IMG/VR virus record: IMGVR_UViG_3300020161_002285
Coordinates: 1-29,919 of that record
From: a virus
Taxonomy: Duplodnaviria; Caudoviricetes
Length of the DNA stretch: 29,919 nt
Reading direction: 5' to 3' (one strand)
A program made the translations under genes and the position numbers. This document shows, piece by piece, positions 17,601-25,600 of the stretch. Every line of letters starts with the position of its first letter. The stretch's first letter is position 1. The notes under the pieces were generated by a model. The model saw only the letters and a program-made list of their open reading frames with translations, was not told the origin of the DNA and did not search any database.

Positions 17601-18006
17601 AGATCTTTTAGTTGGATATCCAATTTATATATTTGATACTAAAGTTGGTACTGGATTGACATCTATAGATCAATCACAAACTAATATTGTTGCCATATCA
17701 ACATCTAATTTAGATAACATTTATTATGTGCATGGAAAATATCTTAGTAGTACTATAGGAATTATAACTTGCAATATATCGAATACTACAAATATTGTTG
17801 GTATTGCAACCACTGGTACAATATCATCTCCTGTAGGGAAGTTTTCCTGGGGTAAAATAAGTGGATTTAGTCGTTCTTCTGATCCAATTTCTATTGGTGT
17901 GAGTGGCCATAACATAACTTCCGGGTTGTCCACATACCCGACTATTCAAAGAAGAGGTTATGGATTGAGAAGTACCGGTGCTCTTAAAAAAAATTTAATA
18001 ACATAA
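5614..18006 (+). CDS. gp7: Giant baseplate wedge initiator, cyanophage gp7-like, 4130 aa
   Basis: Lies between gp6 and gp8. N-terminal QIPEFI..ENPKF.EFLKQYY and FYQAKGSKESFRILFNALYG; DNDYYQNLSYTIKS and VHPIG motifs; many repeated beta-domains. Confidence 0.85.
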   Translation: MVQSNFESKIRIQEIIDNQIPEFILEENPKFSEFLKQYYISQEYQGGNIDLVENLVEYLKLDNLTPEVISGNTTLSQQITETSDVIYVTSTVGFPNSYGLLQIDDEIITYKERLSDRFTGCVRGFSGIESYDSELVFSDTNASSHLSQSEVTNLSVLFLQKFYEKIKFTFLPGLEKVDLYESLNVNNFIKNSKSFYQAKGSKESFRILFNALYGIEPSVVDLETFLFKSSAANYRRRKEILFENLSSDRDPLLLTGYQVTKNNNSNVFGSVSEAEIFTRNNKTYYKFYIFLGYDDSNSENSGEFQITPSSKVVEKILVGDSATVITVDSTIGFDDSGSLFCNGVEIFYTDKSINQFFGCYTKNNNYINANIEKTSLVYSNDTYFGYENGDKTKRVNLRLLGVVNGIEIRNENKTDYIFSEGDKIYVKNLGDLIKNPPSNKSNLQIIANSFIYNTSSRYELSEFNVNSRVAFTLSEIDDSSLKKGDYVEFLERNTEILENSLGNVEITSTNKETGEIEFSSNLESLNPLKKYDIRRKLKTSSSSTIPLQNENITCDITNVYSEDNQNLYVASNSLPSYEITKNLFSFDASSLVNFDSDEQKYTSIRFNSEVSFLSGDRVYYSYSGSPIVGLSEGLYYITVSSDKKEIKLFVSRSFISIDKFVYLESIPSGTHNFTLSSQKTENGEISPQKLLKKIESNVDAFYNGKDSIGTETIGILVNGVEIFSSKSNDKIYYGPLESVQVINSGESYDVINPPVLELSSGSAKLQPVVQGSIERIHIDPQEFNVERPIILSVSGGNGKGAILSPVTKLKNREVFFDARILDEGGGLSVTSETITFLTNHNFTNGQTVIYDINNINNQKIGIGSFQGSNNDSGRYLGNNSIFYAKVINSKTIQIYPTYGDYVSGINTVGFTTIGNFGIHKFKTEPKKVLDSVKVVYGGNGFTNRKLIVNPSGISTYNHTVNFNNHGFLNGELVTYDKQTTSIVGLSTLNQYYVLKVSDNSFRLCNAGIGGTDNQNYVRQNYVKFLSTGSGYQYFNYPNITVDVSYTLADGQTVNSIVATPVVKGSIIQTYLYEKGSNYGSNILNLENVPDVKILDGEFAQLTPIISAGKIVNVLVSYYGSNYYSVPDIIVESKSGSGAIFRANINRTNGRLESVTILNEGYNYNSDDTTLKVVTTGKNAVFFPKIRELTLDNCYKYGTQYQNYRDQSYEILYKAKNNTLQYAVTGYSELLKSLFNESTTKHSPIIGWSYDGIPIYGPFGYLDPDNSSSQIKLMESGYSLVEVENRVSTTDFPLGYFIDDYEFTNSGDLDEYNGRFCKTPEYPNGVYAYFATAELNPENNYIGVFPYFVGKYYRSKIISENVNPNFNQKFDFNGSNLLRNTLPYKSGQKYGRNDFIPNYFGQICEVNSTLSGNVQQVQVTSGGNNYKVGDLLYFNNDATSGYGLECSVESLKGKELSSIQSSVKTYENVKLYTSSSNEFYVKYLPNFDIPNNSKVTITGLTSSFANLNDQHNVFVEEFNTNLTNSISFGAIGIATDLYLQDFPKRVSIGSSIKIVGENYDQYFKILNYFNDRGVLRVLRTSTSGLSTSNSPVSFLPDVLKIQAKSNNSTQLENYLRYFNPNNSIGIGTRPGTFISRSFYKGSELVTVPIPSQSIYLPNHGFRTNQKVILKRPAGTVAIQVSNDGTTSFQILSGGQTERELFVINKSKDYIGIVTSVGLTTTSGLYFTGSITPEPTLGSNAAAALNYQYSFESVFDEILCNIIDVKSTVSVSTFHNLSLNDTVDVVVKPNKSVGVGGSSFINIKYINAIKSISTKLLSFTPTGVNTSSSKINFVDHGLISGDKVYYISTSVIGGLSTGTYYAHKIDSNNIHLCETYIDSISLPTNFVKFTSVGIGTQELNLIQPKIDIIRNNDLVLNVSDPSLSGYEFKLYTNEELTKEFVSVASTSDFSLVGVNTIGISTDALITLKYSNNYPEKLYYTLEKDNELIELNDTVKNSSEINFINSFYSGKYNIFNVTNTTFDINLVKIPEESSYNNDDCDVLSYSTNSLTAIGEVDKVKIISSGINYKDIPSYTISSSTNGEGLNILPSSTNIGKINGISIKNSGFEYSNDKTLSPKANASKNVKINTSNTLTRVNVIDGGKKYPSAPNLVVVDSDTGKKIDSGLLRATMSGGGLGNANIERVTIEVPANGLPSTPVTVKSVDNSNGIIIDRIESSRSGILTCLIKTPILGFVGDPFEVNDEVFVENIEIISNSGIGFDSENHGYQFFKVIDYTSGSNPGRIEIQIPELYGDPGIAVTFQINTFASIVKKTNYPIFSVEQGYSLFELGEQISVVLDSENLIFTDLIVEKSRENYLKLSGDYELVIGNVIKGLSSGYLATIESISSYDGVFIVSAENVRSLDWENETGKPSNDSQFLPDNDYYQNLSYTIKSEKTWDQISPTVNSMVHPIGTKNFADTQISSSTSGIVSTGLVPSSQLDSIQSFISQSRVDTIKNLDFVRDYDTNLNVSRIIRFKNLKLTDYFEALTNRVLQIDDISGQFSSDDDNNTRLNQIILALPKDQLYGKFLIQIKSTNQNLVENGVNQIQFTEIISLKNNNDTFFLEKSTISNLYGITNDSNVFGTKIGDITPIVDDVKNYYFLFTPTNPYDIDYEIKILGSRFLTNLESDSSFTIGSSDIFNTVNVISPQESEDILSLDSSLYSSFYSQIHILNKTTFEMNYVEIYATYDGNNVYYSDYYFDGTEKNDFSYGFIGSFGLSASGGLLKLNYYNEDTTDNITVRTKTISFNDSSSGIGTYRFKSTRQGDGSERTIILDSGTKTVSTSSTIFSYTSNLFSSVKSLVKVSIGNTSSLHQLMMIHDSNNSIITEYPILLVGTNSGIGTFSSFVDQNNFNVSFIPYNIFNGASIDIQYYNEVFYTFLDEINIPQPLSVTPLYENVSIAKYFGLNSNNINRSNFNLRYKNIPIFAKTFDPFDTEVLNPSTGIFTIDNHFFSTGEKLIYKPKSTFIGLGQSAMGIPSGSITDAGISTNRLPSSVYAIKLSNRQFKIALTQANANSGSAVTFTYLGEGNSHMFEMYKKNEKSLITINNLAQYPLTYTGIAHSLFGNNGQIGAGVTFFTLSGISSIKPTDLLKIDEEYVKVVNVGIGTSSSGPILFFTGDKNIVEVERGFVGSSATSHLDNSRVQIYRGSYSIFEDEIYFTQPPRGNIFDLVQKDERNLERSRASFGGRVFLRQDYSTNIIFDDISQQFTGIGQTFLLKSQGISTVGLGTTSGNGILFVNGIYQTPFTQNVIDYNFRIIENQSAGISSVVFTGIRNDNDEITISQSDVNQNQLPRGGIIVSLGSTAGLGYAPLYGAKVKATLNANGSITSIVGIATTGSPVAFTTVSYNNETGVLQVFAPSTTNLIGANQVKIVGLAFTCPSNAGIISYFPSHNQSLNVIGIGSTSFSVQVGTSTLPHYYVGYGTIFPWYEDLNFGSGYRQPISIAVTESGHVGNPASITATVGVGGTLSFVVVAGGTGYSNPIIQVSPPSYENLPIVGVSRLGIGQTTDTGIGLLMNVEIGSAVGIDTLGNVGIGSTLFQVSSFKITRTGYNFRRGDIFKPVGLVTAKGFNQPIDEFKLTVLETYNDNFAAWQFGELNLIDSIKKYQDGSRLNYPLYYGGELLSFQTNVDNPDSQVIDFDSLLVIFVNGILQEPKIAYEFNGGSSVRFLTAPKVGDNVEIYFYVGTRGVDSRQVNVDPIIQIGDTVQIYSNNANLENTITQNTRTVFDLISSDLMETNLYSDQGVDEQNEKPLYWIKQKEDIIINDATYSKSRDSLEPQVYPTAKIIKNLSISDSEVFVDNANFFDYEEELPTEKIDLLIDSSNQSIVTGIVTAVVSAAGTIQSLSIVNAGIGYTGSSTEIKISNPYYGIGVGVGTTATASLVISGGSITNAIVVNPGFGYTRTNPPQVIVKQPSIKFEECLDANVVVGFDGVITGIGTTNGIGTDLAIEFRLFTPNADYSDLLVGYPIYIFDTKVGTGLTSIDQSQTNIVAISTSNLDNIYYVHGKYLSSTIGIITCNISNTTNIVGIATTGTISSPVGKFSWGKISGFSRSSDPISIGVSGHNITSGLSTYPTIQRRGYGLRSTGALKKNLIT

Positions 18007-18014
18007 TATAAATA
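18007..18014 (+). promoter_or_regulatory. T4 consensus late promoter TATAAATA
   Basis: Perfect TATAAATA in the gp7-gp8 intergenic gap, 18 nt before the ATG. Confidence 0.85.
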
Positions 18015-18032
18015 ATAAAAAAACGGGTTAAT

Positions 18033-19610
18033 ATGCCAGCCTTTGTTACAGACCAATTTAGAATTTTAAATACAAATAATTTTATTAAATCTATAGATAC
18101 TGCAACTGACAATTATTATGTTTTTGTTGGTCTACCAAATCCAGATCAAAATGGATTTGGTAGAAATGAAAATTGGGAAGGGGGAGATGGAGCTGGAACT
18201 CCAATTTTACCAAATCCCACTGACAATTTTGATTATCTTTCTCATTATGGTGATACTATTTTATATGGAAAAAAGGTAACATCTCAAAATATCAGAAGAT
18301 GTGTGAGAAAAATTGAATGGACACAAGGTTTAAAGTATGATATGTACAGACATGATTATAGTGTCTCTAATCCTTCTGCAATTACCAATAGAGCAAGATT
18401 ATATGATTCAAATTATTATGTAATTAATAGTCAGTATCAAGTATATATTTGCATATCTAATGGTTCAAGTGGAATTAGTACGACAGGAAATCAATCCCAA
18501 GATGAACCTCTGTTTACCGATTTAGAACCATCAAAAGCGGGAAATAGTGGAGATGAATATATATGGAAATATTTGTTTACTGTACCACCCACGGATATTA
18601 TTAAATTTGATTCTACGGAATTTATACCAGTACCCAATGATTGGGAAACCTCATCACTATCACAGATAAAGTCTATTAGAGAAAATGGAGATTCCACTCT
18701 CAATAATAATCAAATTAAATTTGTGTATATTGAAAGTCAAGGAAGCAATTATGCTACAGGTGAAGTAGATATTTTGGGTGATGGATCTGGAGCAAGAGTT
18801 TTTATTGAAGCAAATGAAGATGGACAAATAGTAAAAACTACTGTTACTGTTGGCGGAAGTGGATATACTTATGGTATTGTTGATTTGGGTCCACTTCAAA
18901 CATCAGATACTATATCATTTCCAGCAAAATTAATACCAATAATACCACCTTCAAGAGGTCATGGTTACGATTTATATCGGGAAATGGGATCTGATAGAGT
19001 TTTAATTTATTCCAGATTTGATGATTCATCAAAGGATTTTCCTATAGATACAAAATTTGCCCAAATAGGAATACTGAAAAATCCTTCAAAGTTTATATCT
19101 ACAGAATCTTATACTGCAGATAGATTTTCTGGTTTGACCTCATTAAAAGTTATACCATCTGCCAATACTTTACCTACAATTGGAGAAAAAATAGAACAAA
19201 CTCTATCTGGTGGGGAAAGGGCAGTTGGTTATATAGCTTCTTATGATAGAGATACAAAAGTTTTAAAATATATTAAAGATAGATCACTATATTATAATCA
19301 ATCCGCATATGACCAAACAGATTATGTCGGGGTTTCTTCTTCAGCTAATGCATCACTAGATTTTAGCACTTCTGGAGGATCTATTAGAGGAGTTGATAGT
19401 GGATTTTTATGTACTATAGATTCATCATTTAGTGCATCAACACTAACGGTACAAAACAAAATAATTAACTTGGATGTATCCTTCACATCAGGTATCGCAA
19501 GTCCTGAAATAAATAAAACATCTGGAGATATTATCTACATTGATAATAGACCTTTAATACAGAGAAACTCTAGACAAAAAGAAGATATCAAAATTATTCT
19601 AGAATTTTAA
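18033..19610 (+). CDS. gp8: Baseplate wedge subunit, T4 gp8-like
   Basis: VTDQFRILN, YDMYRHDY, YYVINSQYQVYICISNG, YIWKYLFT, P..GHG, C-terminal SGDIIYIDNR...R...QKEDIKIILEF. Confidence 0.93.
   Translation: MPAFVTDQFRILNTNNFIKSIDTATDNYYVFVGLPNPDQNGFGRNENWEGGDGAGTPILPNPTDNFDYLSHYGDTILYGKKVTSQNIRRCVRKIEWTQGLKYDMYRHDYSVSNPSAITNRARLYDSNYYVINSQYQVYICISNGSSGISTTGNQSQDEPLFTDLEPSKAGNSGDEYIWKYLFTVPPTDIIKFDSTEFIPVPNDWETSSLSQIKSIRENGDSTLNNNQIKFVYIESQGSNYATGEVDILGDGSGARVFIEANEDGQIVKTTVTVGGSGYTYGIVDLGPLQTSDTISFPAKLIPIIPPSRGHGYDLYREMGSDRVLIYSRFDDSSKDFPIDTKFAQIGILKNPSKFISTESYTADRFSGLTSLKVIPSANTLPTIGEKIEQTLSGGERAVGYIASYDRDTKVLKYIKDRSLYYNQSAYDQTDYVGVSSSANASLDFSTSGGSIRGVDSGFLCTIDSSFSASTLTVQNKIINLDVSFTSGIASPEINKTSGDIIYIDNRPLIQRNSRQKEDIKIILEF
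19509..19515 (+). promoter_or_regulatory. Possible late promoter embedded in the gp8 3' end
   Basis: ATAAATA (within the E-I-N-K codons) starting 104 nt upstream of the ATG at 19613. Confidence 0.4.
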
Positions 19611-19612
19611 AA

Positions 19613-22600
19613 ATGGCACAAAAAACTAATTTTAATGTTAATCCATATTTTGATGATTTTGATTCAACGAAGAATTTTTATAAAGTTCTTTTTAATCCTG
19701 CAAGACCAGTACAGTCTAGGGAATTAAACACAATACAATCTATTCTTCAGAATCAAATAGAGTCTTTTGGAAGTCATATCTTCAAAGAAGGTTCCATGGT
19801 TATTCCTGGTGGAATATCATATGATTCGGAATATTGTGCTGTAAAATTAAATTCCACTTCCTTTGGGATAGACATTTCTCAGTATATTGAAAAATATGTT
19901 GGACAAATCATTAGAGGAGAAGTTTCGGGAATATCTGCAATAATAAAAGAAGTAGTTTTTCCAAATAGTAGTGGTGTAGAAGATATAACTCTTTATGTAA
20001 AATACTTAGAATCAAATAATGATTTTAATCAGGCATTCTTTTTAGATGGTGAATCTTTACTGTCTACAGAAGCAATATCTTATGGTATTAATAACACAGT
20101 AATATCTGATGGAACTGCTTTTGCATCATTAGTATCGGAAAATGCAACAGCAGTAGGATCTTCAGTTTCTATTGACAATGGTGTTTATTTTGTTAGGGGA
20201 ACCTTTGTAAATGTAAATAAACATACATTAATTTTAGATTACTATAATAATATTTCTTCTTATAGAGTAGGATTGAGAGTATCCGAAAATATTATAACAA
20301 CTAAGGATGATGAATCACTTTTTGATAATGCAAAAGGTTTTACAAACTTTGCATCTCCAGGAGCAGATAGATTTAAAATAGATTTATCATTAACAAAAAA
20401 ACCTTTAACAAATATTAATGACACAGATTTTATAGAATTATTGAGAGTTGAAAATGGTTTTCTTAAAAAGATAGAAAATAAAACAGATTATAATTTAATA
20501 AAAGATTATATTGCTCAAAGGACTTATGACGAATCTGGAAATTATACAGTCACACCATTTACAATTTCTGCCAATAATTCTTTAAACAATTTACTTGGCA
20601 ATAATGGAATTTATTTTAATGGTGATTTAACAACTGGTGGAAATACCCCCTCAGATGATTTGATGTGTGTAAGTGTAAGTCCAGGCAAAGCTTATGTTAA
20701 AGGATATGATGTCGAAAAAACTAGCACAACTGTTTTAGATGTTGAAAAACCAAGAGATACGCAAACAGTTACTGGTGCTTTAGTCCCATTTAAGATGGGA
20801 AATATTTTAAGAATTAATAATATTTACGGTGCTCCAACAAATAAATCAACAGTATATTTTTATAGCAGAAGAAGAGATGGTGCAACTTCATCCCCAAATG
20901 GTATTCAATTAGGGTCTGCAAGAGTTTATTTGTGTAAACTTACCGATGCAGCGTATGAAGGTGCAAAAACAAAATGGGATTTGCATTTATATGATATACA
21001 GTTCTACACACATTTAACTTTAAATAATTCTTTAACCGTAACACAATTACCAGCAACATCAATCATTACTGGAAATAGTAGTGGTGCTACAGGATACGTT
21101 GTTTCGGCAGGAACTAGTGGTAACTTGGTAATTCTGAGACAAGTATCTGGTACATTTTTACCTAATGAAAATATTACTATAAATGGCACAACAATAATAT
21201 CTAGAACTATTTTAAATGTAAAAAATTACAATTCTTCAGATATTAAATCAGTCTACTCTTCAGGAAGTCCAGCATTTTTAGCAGATTCTGTTTTAGATTC
21301 TTTTGTTCCAAGTGGATTTAGTGGGCAAGATCAGATTACTATTGAATCGAATGGAACAGTAAGAACAACAAATAAACCTTTTAGTGGTATATCAACAGAT
21401 ACAATCGTAAAGTACTCCCGATCAGGATTTAGTACAGAAACATATAATATTGTTAGTAGTGTTTCTTCAGATGGAACAACATTTACTTTATCTGGAATAT
21501 CATCAGTAACAAATGTTAATGACGGTAGCCTTACAAGTTCTAATGCACAAGTTAGATTTTTAATTGGAAATTCGGTATTAAGAGATCAAAGTTCTGGATA
21601 TTTATACTCGGTTTTACCAAACACGAATATTTCGAGTATAGATCTCAATAACTCCCAATTAACATTCTCAACACAATCTACATCCTCAAATACAATATCT
21701 GGAGAATCATTAACATTATCGACTAGTGATTTTAGTTTACCTGGCAATTCTGGATCTATAAAATTTGATACTTTTGACGCAGAAAAGTATTCCATACATT
21801 ATAGTGATGGAACTACAGAAACATTGACAGATGATCAAGTTACTTTTAATCCCGAGTATACTCAGATTACATTTAAGGGAATTACAAATGGAAAGACAAC
21901 ATCAATTATAAATGGAACTTTTGTTAAAATTGGTATACAAAGTAAAACAAAAGTTCATAAAAAGAGCACTGTACTTAATATTGAGTTGTCGAAGTATGAA
22001 CAATCTGGATCAAATTCCAATTCTTCAGTTAATGATGGATTGACATTCAATAGATATTATGGATTGAGAGTTCAAGATGAGGAAATATGTTTAAGATATC
22101 CGGATGCAATTAGAGTATTATCGGTATATGAATCTTTAGATTCTTCTTTACCAACTTTTGACAAATTAAACTTTTCCTCATTATATGGAATTTCAAATAA
22201 CTCTATAATTGGTGAAAATGTAGTTGGAAAGACAAGTAAAGCATTAGCAAGAATTGTAAAGAAAGATCCTTTATATCCAAATAGTGTAGAAATAGTATAT
22301 TTAAATAATAATAAGTTTCAAGTTGATGAAGAAGTTACTTTTGAAGAGTCTAATATAGTTGCTCCAATTTCTTCATTATCTTTTGGAAAATTTAAAAACA
22401 TTACAAATATTTTTAAATTAGATAAAGGACAAAAAAATCAATATTATGATTATTCCAAATTGATAAGAAATAACAATGAACCAGAACCTAGTAGAAAACT
22501 TACTATTGTATTGGATCATTACGATGTTTCTCCAACAGATTCTGGAGATTTGTTTAGTGTTTTAAGTTATAATAATGAAAATTACGGTAAAGATATTCCT

Positions 22601-25600
22601 AATATAGGATTCTTAAATATTAGATCTTCCGACACATTAGATTTTAGACCAAGAGTTTCATATTTCAATGGTTCATCTTCTTCACCATTCGATTTTTCAT
22701 CAAGAAATTTTGGAGACACTCCAAAAATAATATTTACTCCAAATGAATCAAGTTTGGTAAATTATAATTTTTATCTTGGTAGAATTGATAAGGTATACTT
22801 GGATAGTTATGGGTCATTTGTTATTGAAAGGGGCATATCTTCAGTCAGTCCAAAAGAACCTTATAAATCTGGAGATTTACTAGAAATTGCATCCATTTCA
22901 TTACCACCATATCTTTATGATACCAATGACATTAAAATAACCTTGGTAGATAATAGAAGATATACTATGCGTGATATTGGAAAAATAGAAGATAGAGTCG
23001 AAAATTTAGAAATAGTAACTTCCCTTTCTTTACTAGAATTAGATACGCAAACTCTTCAAATACAAGATGCTGATGGAATAAATCGTTTTAAAACTGGATT
23101 TTTTGCAGATTCATTTAAAAATGATAATTTCATTGATTTTGGCAATTCTCTTTCAGAAATTTCTGATGATAATGAATTAACTCCATTAATTTCAAAGAAC
23201 AGTTTAAAGAATCAGATTATTGCAGCATCAAATCCTACCGATTTTGAATTAGATTTATCACAAAATTTTGAGTTATTAGACAATAGAGTTAAAAAAACTG
23301 GTCAAGTAATTACTTTAGATTATGAAAGCGTAGGTTGGATAGAGCAACCATTAGCAACAAGAGTTGAAAATGTAAATCCATTTCATGTTATTCAGTATGT
23401 TGGTGATGTTAGATTAAATCCGTTTAGAGATACTTGGATAAGAACTGTAGAACTTCCAGATAGAGTTATTGCACATAATAATAGTTTAAACTTAGAAAGT
23501 AGAGTTAACACCGAAAGAATAACTTTAAATAATGTCAATAACACCACAGGAACAGGATCTGGAGGATTGGGTGTTGGTCAAGTAAGGGATACTTGGACCG
23601 AATTAAGTTTAAGTGACGGTGCTGTATCACAAGAAACATTTAATTCTTCTGATAGTAGTACTTCTACTTCTACAGAAAGATCTTTTATTGAAAGTCAATT
23701 TGACATTTTTATGAGATCTAGAAATACTGAATTTTCAGTATCAAATTTAAGATCTTTTACTCAATATTATTCATTTTTAGATGGTATTTCTTCAATTGAC
23801 TTTACTCCAAAATTAGTAGAAGTTACTAGGGATGTAGAATTACAAAATCCTGGTACTGATGGTAGTTTTATTGTTGGTGAGAATGTAGTTGGTTTTAATA
23901 ACGGCATTCCAATTATAACATTTAGACTTGCCCAACCAAATCATAAATTTGGTTCATTTAATAACCCATCATCTACTTATGATTCAAATCCATACTCAAA
24001 ATCAGAAATTCTACCTACAGCATATAGCGAATCTTCGTCAGTATTAAATATTGATACATTTTCATTATCAGAAGAAGCTCAAGGATTATATTCTGGATAT
24101 TTAATCCGCAGAGCGGTATTAATTGGAGAAACTAGTGGTGCTTCTGCATATGTAAAAGATTTAAGATTAATTACTGACAATTATGGTGATTTAATTGGAA
24201 CTTTCTTTATTAGAGATCCAAATGCATTACCACCCCCAATTATAAGAGTTCCTACTGGAAATAAAACGTTTAAATTATCTTCAAGTCAAGCAAATGAAAA
24301 TGGTTTATTGAATGGAACGGATATTTCTTCAGCAGAAACTAACTATTTGTCAGAGGGTACTGTACAAACTTATCAGAACATTATAAGAGTTCATACAATA
24401 AATTCTTCATTAACAACAACAAATAATATAAGAACGAGGACTTTAAATGCAGTAAGAAATGAAAATATATCATCAATAAATCTTCCAGAACCACCAGCTC
24501 CAGTAATAAATGAAATTACACAAGTAACTCAAAATGTCACAAATGTTACGAATGTAACAAGGAATGTTACGAATGTAACACGGAATGTTACGAATGTAAC
24601 AAGGAATGTTAATAGGGTTATCCAACAACAAACACATGCTGATCCTTTGGCACAAACATTTCTTGTTGGATCTAGTAGAGGATTAAATTCATTTAATGAT
24701 GATGTTAATGGTGCATTTTTAACTGCTGTAGATTTATTCTTTGCAAAGAAAGATCCAGGAAATGCTCCTGTTACAGTTCAAGTAAGAACTGTTGAATTTG
24801 GCACTCCAACATTAACAATAATAGGTGATCCAGTAACTCTCAGACCAAATGATATCCAAACCTCAACTGATGGGTCAGTAGCAACTAAAGTAACCTTCCC
24901 ATATCCAATATTTTTACCACCAGGATTGGAATATGCAATTGTTATTTTGGCACCTCAAAGTGATCAATATGAATTATGGGTCGCTAGAATGGGAGAAACA
25001 ACTAAAAATACATTAAATCTTCCAGATGTTGAAAGTGTAAGGTATACCAAGCAGTTTGCAATTGGCAGTTTATTTAAGTCCCAAAATGGATCTATATGGT
25101 CCGATGATCAATATGAAGATTTGAAATTTAAATTATATAAAGCTAGATTTATAGAACTAAATGGAATTGCATATTTCCAGAATCCAACTTTAAGTAAGAG
25201 TAATGGATACGTTAGAAACTTAATAAACAATCCAATTAAAACATTACCCAGAAAACTTAAGGTTGGTATAACAACAGTATATAATAGTACAATAGTAGAT
25301 ACAATATTAAATATTGGCAGGAAAGTTGGTGAATCTGTGAATAGTAATATATACGGATCTATTGTTGGGACTGGTTGTTCGGTATCTAATATAGCAATTA
25401 GTACTGGTGGAAGAAATTATCCTGTAGGGATTTCTACTGTAGAGACATTCAATGTTACTGGAAATGGATCTGGATTGAAACTAGTTGTCACTGCAGGATC
25501 TAATGGTACTCTAACATCCGCAACAATTAACCAATTTGGAAGTGGATATTCGGTGGGTGATGTTGTTGGAATTGTAACGTCAACTGTAACAGGAACTACA

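Noticed and set aside
24542-24610. Mini-CRISPR array (internally palindromic repeats)
   Set aside because: The units are contiguous with no spacers, are in frame inside a CDS, and no cas genes are present.
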